Of a stretch of DNA of 64,000 nucleotides, positions 45,101 through 51,037 are shown piece after piece (position 1 is the first letter of the stretch; each line of letters starts with the position of its first letter). The position numbers and the translations under genes were made by a program. The stretch lies in IMG/VR virus record IMGVR_UViG_3300037258_000590, positions 1 through 64,000 of that record. One strand, 5' to 3'. The notes beneath the pieces are model-generated. The model made no database searches. It saw only the letters and a list, made by a program, of their open reading frames with translations, and was not told where the DNA came from.

Positions 45101-45289
45101 GTCAGACAGGATCTTCATCCGGGCCTGGAATGCAGAAACAGCTGCGTCCGCGTCTTTGGTGTCCGCACCGACGCGTACTTTGGGATTCAGGCCGCTGATT
45201 GCCTTGCGGACCTGGACATCAGTCAGCGGGCCGAACCCGCTGGTCTCCGGGCTGATGACGATGAACGCGTCGCCGAGCATGCGGGGCAT
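39194..45289 (-). CDS. Tape measure protein (2031 aa) with SLT-like transglycosylase domain
   Basis: Long Ala-rich helical protein after TAC genes; AGG.I...SG..D.VP.M.S.GEYIV; E.G....A.NPSSGAYG..QF...YI..RYG.P; terminal D.GG.L..G...NGTGRPE. Confidence 0.92.
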   Translation of the reverse strand: MPRMLGDAFIVISPETSGFGPLTDVQVRKAISGLNPKVRVGADTKDADAAVSAFQARMKILSDTLSKLRFGADDKAAEAAVARLQAKLTALARSSASVRMNADTSQLDAAIAAENAKLTTLRQRMSSLQADADTTAAAARIAGLQKQAADLYVRLDTLDADVDITAALTKIYAIEAQLKVLGSNAQAVKLAADSKAFNAAIDASIARLAALKQQASDIKLGSGVDLAKLAAADAQLLGLEAVTERLNAAQVKVPVSAGDQAALADLARLQVSAGALSATLRNLRANANTTAAQASVAALQARMAALAKMMANLQVNIDSSGVARAEAQFLGVAAATEKLTRTPVTIPVSADDREALLQLAYLRDQVAALAGRLSSMRANADTADAVAKIAALQASAARLNASLSRLRVNVSTAGVATAEAQLLGLEAATKNLVPAARNADDAFSLFARGERNYAGVYGLLTGNIRLFGGALDGILPKALAEVGALHVLADAGIEIAAVWIPAAIALSAFGLAAAVTAKQIATQFQNIEIVSHATGQSIAPLTNDFQQLEAAVKPEVFQLFGEGLVEMEHNTGAFQVVAKATGAALDQLGARFVYATTQGQGISKFAQGLAPDFAKLGDSVGNFFGILGNLLKAVPGYAQILLSVGDSILHVIEVFTQAAEPIINFGLKLHGAILYSGLAVSAMIGLAAGVINLGKAFITFGTSSLVGALGALSKFGSKLADIGLAIAAWAESMLAADGAAATFGAAVAPLAAIDPLVWVGAAAIALGALVYWLNSSRSAAQQFNASMQQTIANAQLSNVATTIQKSQAATAAQLATAQAKLNQVTNQGTSMTVTYQRGIAVTSQALQSATSNVAQYTTGQQKLNTQAQMVSDRIAGLAQTYGSNTAALGALNAAGITTAQLLDTNSQHWATTLIQVSATTQAYRLLGSQTGTLGNDLDALGRTETAQYSATQKLNTAWSQFISDVTGSQGAFDTFDQGLQTLGTDGAKFTLRLGDLSVKGTQVKAAIDSLSVSGLNLNQAFTQQVSNTSALYETWRTAGIAGNEFTQGVKDSIAPLTKYAAGSQEATAQLVALAEQAGYQGPVSMKALVGWLGNTKNAIQGVKNVTNDATTQEALLTGAMHAQGDYISSTLIGDINQAILKYSNVQTAATNYGNAIAQSGRDSDNAQAARTTLINDLIQTGRAAGDTTSQIAAMIAKVAGIPAKAALEIVMEGTGSFTITQGTSGHAGGTPTGGRPGNAAGGMISSGTSGTADDVPVMVSRGEYIVKASSVAKYGKPVLDRINAGAFAAGGMPGFASGGLVQAGDTSVLSGQYAVSSYNQFQSAMTTAMTTAMKSALKSAESSAAASAAAATAAGVSNASGVAALKAAAAKHGWTSTAEWNALNAVELREAGYSLTATNPSSGAYGMAQFIQGASEYAQWGGSADTYAGQATAMCNYIAARYGDPIAAEQHEQAYGWYRDGGLIGPVTRGLGFPAGMMQPYGGPVPGPPGSGPVPGPPSDHGGGNTQGPASSFPGAGGFSWENLLSFLLLGGTGWLQQLLTQLLGTAGAGGTGSTGSLQPSGGGFGLTRSDLGLPATIDTSGTSAGTSDTGTSGAGSGTGTGTGTTAPAKPAGPNVVQKAAAAVVERLMRSYIAHNDLVQMGQAVTTLDYLGDKSYDSTLSQIMFLDNLLVTAQKKKDKPGEKAAEKLLSHYGVKEWKVQTAAKGDSARAAARTKVEQLMKTYVTKNSMATATQANSLLTHWGDNSWTSRLGTITHLDQLLLTYQKAKDTTDIAATETLLKQLGVRNFSITAADLAGATSGSGSSGGSGSGAGSGAGSGSARTLAAAQASMVNAYSTLTRIYKSALANPAKGSFLANDKTSITGELSTLAARQAAEVASYHVAAGSLTSANKSKLNTKVRQELVTAHDQALTKGEPVPVSTLVSKLNTLASLSKAQGGLVMDRGGYLAPGWNPPIWNGTGRPEPVGPAIKDSTAAGSADIVAELRALRSQLSNLTNVTAAGPARTGAHVAEAVNGAAAGASFRARYPRGGF

Positions 45290-45315
45290 CTACGTCTCGC
45301 CCTCGACCAGTGACG

Positions 45316-45693
45316 TCATAACAGCTCACCTGCCAGCGACTCCAGGCCGGTGGTCAGGAACGGGTACGAGCGGTCCATCTGCTCGGCCGGGTACTCCAGG
45401 AAGACCGTGGGGTCGGCAGCCGCGTTGACGCCGCCGTACACACCGCCGAGCGATCCGCGCAACGGTCCGTGCACGTGAATGCTGGCCTTGGTGAACCCGG
45501 GCGGCCGGGCGTTGCTAGTGCGTCCGGCCCGGCGCCTGCGATCCCGCACTGATCCGTCGCGTACCGGCACCACCGTGCGGGCCACGGCCGCCGCCTGGGC
45601 GCTCAGTTCGGCGACCATCTGCCCGACCGGGCCGTCGACCGAGTTCAGCAGGTCATCGATCGCTGCGTGGTCCCAGTCGATGTGCGTGCTCAC
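45316..45693 (-). CDS. HK97 gp10-like tail completion protein
   Basis: AR...PVR.G..PG.TKASI...FLEY....YPFL..GL. Confidence 0.75.
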   Translation of the reverse strand: MSTHIDWDHAAIDDLLNSVDGPVGQMVAELSAQAAAVARTVVPVRDGSVRDRRRRAGRTSNARPPGFTKASIHVHGPLRGSLGGVYGGVNAAADPTVFLEYPAEQMDRSYPFLTTGLESLAGELL

Positions 45694-46021
45694 CGGAACT
45701 CCTCGTCCGGGCCGTAACCGGGCATCGCGGGTACGGGAGCGCCGGGCTGCTCGAATGTCATCCCCAGCTCCTCCTGGTGCTTGCGCAGCGCGGTCAGCGC
45801 GATCTCCTGCGGGTCATCGATCATGCCGATCTGGATGTCCAGCTCCTCCAGGTCTTCGTCGGTCTTGCAGTGCTCGGCCAAGAACGCGTACGCGACGTTG
45901 CAGCACTGCCGCGGGGTCAGTGCCTCGATCCCCTGGCCCGCCGTGCGGAGGAGCGTGCCATCGACCCGTCCCGCGTAGCGCGCCGTCCAGCGGAGGAGGT
46001 AGGAGGCGGCTCGGTAGGGCG
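45690..46021 (-). CDS. Probable -1 frameshift extension of the tail assembly chaperone (gpGT-like)
   Basis: The -1 frame is open from 46073 to 45690 with no start codon before TTG 45881; natural-looking PYRAASYLLRW...CNVAYAFL; GTGA coupling to the gp10-like gene. Confidence 0.7.
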
Positions 46022-46558
46022 TGCTGAGATCAGCTCGATCGTCTTGGAGAGCACATCCATCAGGTCGTCGGCGTCAGCCTTGGTGTCGATGGCGTGGTCT
46101 TCGAAGGCCTGCCAGTCACCGCGGTCGTACTGCGCGCACCGGGTCTCGTCGGCCGGATTCACCTGGCAGGACGGTTTGAGGTCATCGTCCTCGGTAATCG
46201 CTGCGCGTTCGCAGGCCCGGCAGTCGCCGCACCGCCCTGGAGCGCAGTGCTCGCACTCCCCGCAACCCGGCTGCCCGGGATGGATGCAGTCGCGGAGCAT
46301 GGCGTACATGGCGCCGAGTGCCCGCGGGTCCTGCACGTCAAGGTTGGCGAATGCGGAGAACTTGAGCAGGGGCATCAAGCCGATCCGGTCGGCGATCCGG
46401 AACCGGGCCCCCAGGAACTCCACCGTGCGCGAGCTGGTGATCACCTTCCCGGCCACCACGAGCTGCGCAGGTTCAGGTGCGGGCAGGCCGGCGGCCGTGC
46501 CCTGGATCGAGGCCAGCTCCTGGTCGAAATCGATGTCGATCCCTGCGTCGTCGGGCAT
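45917..46558 (-). CDS. Tail assembly chaperone (gpG-like) with Cys-rich insertion
   Basis: AAGGAG SD; between tail tube and TMP; ends RPTEPPPTSS... Confidence 0.8.
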   Translation of the reverse strand: MPDDAGIDIDFDQELASIQGTAAGLPAPEPAQLVVAGKVITSSRTVEFLGARFRIADRIGLMPLLKFSAFANLDVQDPRALGAMYAMLRDCIHPGQPGCGECEHCAPGRCGDCRACERAAITEDDDLKPSCQVNPADETRCAQYDRGDWQAFEDHAIDTKADADDLMDVLSKTIELISARPTEPPPTSSAGRRATRDGSMARSSARRARGSRH

Positions 46559-46619
46559 GGCTGACTCCTTCTGGAGAATCGGAGGCAGCTCCCGTGACGG
46601 CGGGCCGTGCGCAGCGGGC

Positions 46620-46659
46620 AAAACCCGGGACGCCGGTGGTTTTCGTCAGGCGTCCCGGG
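46620..46659 (-). terminator. Intrinsic terminator after tail tube gene
   Basis: 11-bp stem CCCGGGACGCC/GGCGTCCCGGG followed by TTTT. Confidence 0.8.
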
Positions 46660-46665
46660 CCCGGA

Positions 46666-47112
46666 TCAGGTACCCGGCAGCCCGTACGTCGGGTACCTGG
46701 AGATGCGGCTGGCCGCGTTCCAGGTGCTCTTGAGCGATACCGCCGCGGTAACGCCGCCGGTCAGGGCGTAGTCAGGCAGGATCGTACCGAAGAAGTACTG
46801 CGGGATCGGCGTGATCTGCGCGCCCAGGTTGGACGGGTACAGGTAGAAGTTCCGGGCCAGCCCGTCTGTGGCGGCAACGTACGTCTGCGCCGTGGCAGTG
46901 TCATAGAAACCGGTGAAGTCTCCTGATGCATCTGGGAGACCTGCGACGTAGATGAGGTTAGTATCACCCATGGCGGTCACGTCAACTTTGGCCACCGTGA
47001 AGTTGATGGACCAGTCTGACAGGAAGGCCATGGGGGAGGCGGCCGGGTTGGCGCCGCCCACGCCGTCGACCGCGACATAGGCGACACCGTTGCGGCCATG
47101 AATTCGTGACAC
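46666..47112 (-). CDS. Major tail (tube) protein
   Basis: RIHGRNG..Y...WSIN...KVDVT.MGD....V.GL.DASG.F.GFYD. Confidence 0.85.
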   Translation of the reverse strand: MSRIHGRNGVAYVAVDGVGGANPAASPMAFLSDWSINFTVAKVDVTAMGDTNLIYVAGLPDASGDFTGFYDTATAQTYVAATDGLARNFYLYPSNLGAQITPIPQYFFGTILPDYALTGGVTAAVSLKSTWNAASRISRYPTYGLPGT

Positions 47113-47205
47113 TGCGTAACCACATCCTTACAATTTTAGTGGCCGTCGCATGCCAGGATGCATGGTTTCGGTCCGTGTATATAGGTTTTGGTGTACACTA
47201 GAAAT

Positions 47206-48117
47206 ATGACAGTCGTGCGCGCCATATGCCCAGTCGGGGACCACCCGTTTGAGTTCACGGTCAAGCAAGGTAAACGGCCGATGTACTGCACTCCGGAACA
47301 CGCGTGGAAGGCTGGCGCTGAGCGAGCGAAGATCCGTAACACAGCATTGGACCGGAGAACATGCTCGCGATGCGGAGTGGAGAAGCCGAGTAGTGAGTTC
47401 GGCAGCCCCACAGCGCCTTACTGCCGTCCGTGCCATACCGAATATGAACGAGAGCGCAGGTGCACCCGGGGCAAGCAGGACCCGGCCTACACCAGGATGC
47501 TCAACCTGCGCCGGTACGGCCTGACCCCGGAACAGTTCGCCGACCTGCTGACAGCTCAAGGCAGTCAGTGCGCGATCTGCCGGACACAGACGCCTGGGGG
47601 TCAGGGCTGGCATGTCGATCACGATCATTCGTGCTGCAACACCAGGAAGCAGAGCTGCGGAAAGTGCTTTCGAGGAATCCTGTGCTCGCGGTGCGATATC
47701 GCGATCTGGAATCTGCGCGATGACCCGGTGATCATCCAGGCTGCGCTCAGGTACGTGCTGACGCACCTGAAAAAGCAGTCGGGTACCGAGGGGCTCCTGG
47801 CTTACTTCGGAATGCCGGATAACCGGGGCGAAGGCAGCTCCAGTGCGAAGATGACTGCTGAGATCGTCGCAAGCTGCCGGCGCCGTTTCGTAACGGGGGA
47901 GACTCAGGCTGCCCTCGCCGCTGAGTGCGGGGTGACTACCGGCGCGATGAGTAACGCGATCCGCGGCAAGACCTGGCCAGGGGAGGTAAACGGGGTAGCG
48001 CCCGTCTCGCGGAACCTGAAGCCCAGCCAGGGAACGAACGAGTTCCGGGCGCAGATGGTTGCGGCTGGCCGCAAAGGTGCTGCCGCGCGCTGGCATCCGG
48101 AGTCCTCGCAGATTTAG
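47206..48117 (+). CDS. Endonuclease VII-family nuclease with N-terminal Zn fingers and C-terminal HTH; possibly inactive
   Basis: YGLT..QF...Q...CAIC...WHVDHDH.CC...C.KC.RG.LC..C; CD instead of CN; probably leaderless (TACACT 6 nt before ATG). Confidence 0.85.
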   Translation: MTVVRAICPVGDHPFEFTVKQGKRPMYCTPEHAWKAGAERAKIRNTALDRRTCSRCGVEKPSSEFGSPTAPYCRPCHTEYERERRCTRGKQDPAYTRMLNLRRYGLTPEQFADLLTAQGSQCAICRTQTPGGQGWHVDHDHSCCNTRKQSCGKCFRGILCSRCDIAIWNLRDDPVIIQAALRYVLTHLKKQSGTEGLLAYFGMPDNRGEGSSSAKMTAEIVASCRRRFVTGETQAALAAECGVTTGAMSNAIRGKTWPGEVNGVAPVSRNLKPSQGTNEFRAQMVAAGRKGAAARWHPESSQI

Positions 48118-48280
48118 CGGGAGCCGGCTCCATCCGTGCGCCCGGTCAGGCGGCTACGGCCACGGCAACGTCAAGGACCAGGTTACAGCGTTAGCGTATG
48201 AACTAGGGCTATCCTGGAAGTCACAGGCCCGGCCCGTGCTGGAGCGGCGACACTCAATTCGCAGCCGCACGGTACGGGCT

Positions 48281-48580
48281 TTGTGCACGGATGAGGAACG
48301 CTGGCTTCCGGTACCCGGGTATGCCGGGTTCTATGAGGTGTCCTGCTGCGGGAACGTGTACTCGCTGCCGCGGGCGGCCACAGCCGGGGGCCTGCTGGCG
48401 CCGCAGCTGAACTCCCGCGGGTACCGCGTCGTGATCCTGAGCAAGTACGGGCGCCGCTGGACCGTCCCGGTAGCCCGGCTCGTGCTAGGCGCGTTCCGCG
48501 GCCCGGCAGCTGGCCGGAGAGCCAGGCACGGACCTGGCGGCAAGCGTGATGACCGCCTGGTGAACCTATGCTGGAAATGA
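48281..48580 (+). pseudogene. NUMOD4-HNH endonuclease, truncated
   Basis: ERWLPVPGYAG.YEVS..G.V.S (NUMOD4); V.RLV..AF.GP...RH....DD...NL.W followed by K and stop; start uncertain. Confidence 0.7.
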
Positions 48581-48626
48581 GCGCGGGGGAGGCGATCAGC
48601 ATGGCCGTTACGCGAAAGCAGGACAC

Positions 48627-48911
48627 GTGGACCTAGACCCCGGTGGCCGGGTCCCGCTGCGGGTCGTCCTGGACCCGATCGCACTGCCGCCTGATCCTGG
48701 CCAGGAGCGGGTAATGCTGCAGCTGGGTACCACGCGCTTGATCATGACAGCAGCGGCTGCGCACGAACTGGGGCGGCTTTTCAGCGAGCTGACTGCGCCG
48801 ATGGGCACGCTCAGCACCTACCTCGACGCCGACGATATCAGCACCTTGTGCCTGCAGGCCGGGAATACGCTCCAGATAGCCGGCGGCACGATCCAGGTGT
48901 CAGCCTGGTGA
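48627..48911 (+). CDS. Hypothetical protein
   Basis: AGGA SD; shares VPLRVVLDPIALPP with next gene. Confidence 0.65.
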   Translation: MDLDPGGRVPLRVVLDPIALPPDPGQERVMLQLGTTRLIMTAAAAHELGRLFSELTAPMGTLSTYLDADDISTLCLQAGNTLQIAGGTIQVSAW

Positions 48912-49093
48912 CTGCGGTACCGCTGCGAGTTGTCCTGGACCCGATCGCGCTGCCGCCGGAACCGGTCATGCCCGTGATGGTCACGTGCAGCCGCAGAACC
49001 GGGCGCCGCCGCCAGCAGGAGCTGTGGCTGCCAGGCCAGTTGCGGACGGGAATCCCGGTACGGCTGGCCGTGCCGTCATTGACCGCACCCTAG
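48908..49093 (+). CDS. Hypothetical protein, partial paralogue of previous gene
   Basis: GTGA coupling; 42-bp near-identical 5' segment. Confidence 0.6.
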   Translation: MTAVPLRVVLDPIALPPEPVMPVMVTCSRRTGRRRQQELWLPGQLRTGIPVRLAVPSLTAP

Positions 49094-49178
49094 CTGTCAG
49101 GTACCGGACATCCGGGCGTCATGTTTTTGCCGGATCTTCCTGGCCCGGACCCGGCTGCACGCGGTATACGCTTGCCCC

Positions 49179-49703
49179 GTGGATAACGCCACTGCCAGGT
49201 CCGTCTCGCTGCTCGCGGCTGTCATCGCCCGGATAGGCACCGGTACTGCCCCGGCGCAGCTGATGGCTGAAGCCGCACAGTACGTCCCGTGGATCACGCG
49301 GCCCCCGGCGCACATGTCTCTCGCCATCAAAGGAGATCTTCCCATGCCCCTCAACGTCGACTCTCTCAACGCTGTCGCCGTCCTGTCGTTCACCGATGAC
49401 CACGAGGATGCTGTCGCCCCCCCGGACGGCACGCTCTCCACGGCTGTCTCCGACAACACTGACGTCCTCATGGTCGGCCCCGCCACGGCAGGCACGGACG
49501 CGAATGGCGTGCCGGTCATCACGTTCGCGCTGACTGAGGGCATCGCCGGTGCGGCCAATCTTTCGGTGACGTCGACTGACGCCAACGGCAACGCGCTGCT
49601 CGGCCCGGACGGGGTTACCCCGATCCCGGATCCGTCGCCGGTTGCCGTCACCGTCAATCCTGGTGCGGCGGCAGCCGAGAAGTTCACCGTCGCGGGTAAC
49701 TGA
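49179..49703 (+). CDS. Ig-like beta-sandwich protein with second in-frame start at 49344
   Basis: AAAGGAG SD before internal ATG 49344; beta-strand-rich Thr/Val/Gly/Pro sequence. Confidence 0.75.
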   Translation: MDNATARSVSLLAAVIARIGTGTAPAQLMAEAAQYVPWITRPPAHMSLAIKGDLPMPLNVDSLNAVAVLSFTDDHEDAVAPPDGTLSTAVSDNTDVLMVGPATAGTDANGVPVITFALTEGIAGAANLSVTSTDANGNALLGPDGVTPIPDPSPVAVTVNPGAAAAEKFTVAGN

Positions 49704-49716
49704 CCCGCGGCAGCGG

Positions 49717-49763
49717 GAGAACCCGCCAGCAACGTTGGTCCTTGCTGGCGGGTTCTCTGTTTT
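49717..49763. terminator. Terminator between convergent genes
   Basis: 16-bp perfect stem GAGAACCCGCCAGCAA/TTGCTGGCGGGTTCTC plus T-run on the + strand. Confidence 0.85.
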
Positions 49764-49773
49764 CCCCCGGCGG

Positions 49774-50836
49774 CTAAATCCGTTCCAGCAGTTTAAGGAA
49801 CCGCTTGGCGTTGTTCTCGAAGGTCCGGTCTGCTACAGCTAGCCGTGCCTTCTCGGCGGCAGCCTCACGTTCCTGATCATGCTTGAGCCACCACCGCAGC
49901 TTCTCGCTGGCGTCTCCGGGCCCGGCAAATGCTGGCAGCATCGGGAACAGCTCGTCCCCTTCGGGCCGGGGATCACGCAGGAAGAACAGCCCGCAGGCGG
50001 CCATCTCCACTTCGCGCGGGCCAAGGGCCGAACCGTGCCAGGAGCCCCCGTCCTCGGTCTCGCGCCGGTAGAAATTCAGGCCCGCCCGAGCGTTCCGGTA
50101 GACCTCGGCGGCTTCGTCGTTGTTCACGCAGTCGGGGTTGCCGAGCCCGGTCCCGACGAACCCGGCCAGCGGTGAGCCCGGCGGTACCGAGCCCCAGTCG
50201 TTGCCGCCGAGCAGCACGTCAAGCCCGTGCAGGTCCATCGCCTCGAAGAACTCGACCCTGCTCTTGAACGCGGTGCCGATGAACGCCAGGTCGGCGGCTA
50301 GCTCCTGGTTCAGCGGCCCGGTCCGCGGGTGGTGGACGGCTGGCCGGTAGGCGTGCGGCATGTACTCACTGACCGCGTACTGCCGGAACCGGTCCAGGTT
50401 GGCCGGATCGTTGAGCAGGTTCAGGTGCGCGAGCTGGCCGCGGGTCAGCTGCTCCTCGTCTTGGTAGGGCGATTCCGTGTGCAAGATGACGATCGTGTGC
50501 CGCCGGTCGCGCAGCAGCTGCATGGTCCCGGCGTTAAGGAAGAACCCCGAGATGAACAAGATGACGTCCGGCCAGAACGTGTAGCACGCATGGCTCAGCC
50601 CTTGCATGGCCGCCGCGAACGCCTGCTGCGGGGTCATCGCCGCCCGGCAGATCGGGTGCCCGGCTTCGTCCTTTTCACCGGTATCAATCATGGCCATGTT
50701 ATAGAAAATAAGCCGGTCGTAAATTCAGGTTGTACACGGCAACTTCACAGCCCAGATCGTTCAGTGCCTCCGTCCAACCCGCGTATACGTCATGTACGGA
50801 AAAGTCCGGGCCAGGGTGCACGACTAGAATACGCAT
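49774..50836 (-). CDS. CgeB-type (GT-B) glycosyltransferase, split by a frameshift near 50700-50725
   Basis: 5' piece MRILVVHPGPDFSVHDVYAGW..AL..LG.EV..YNLN (stop at 50699) continues in the +1 frame as DRLIFYNMAM...; ADLAFIGT, Y....GLN, REVEMAACG. Confidence 0.8.
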
Positions 50837-51037
50837 TCAAGCATCACCCCCTCCGCGGTCAGCCAGATAGATTCGTGCTTGTACTTTACCGTTGCAGCTG
50901 AGTGCTCGTTGACGTCCCCGCCCGGGCAGAACGCGACGCGCCAACAGCTGCCCGTCCCTTCTGGTGCCGCAATGCTGCGGGATCTGGCCGGTAAAGCCGT
51001 CGATCAGCGGAGTAGAACCGCAGCTCTACCATAGGTT

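Noticed and set aside
45316-45693. Position of the gp10-like gene between TAC and TMP as a novel system
   Set aside because: It differs from lambda order, but a simple gene-order variation with no further supporting signal.
47128-48096. 322-aa minus-strand ORF and other long antisense ORFs (e.g. 41612-43096, 57992-59218, 18856-20022)
   Set aside because: Shadow frames of real genes; stop codons are scarce in high-GC DNA and no motifs are recognisable.
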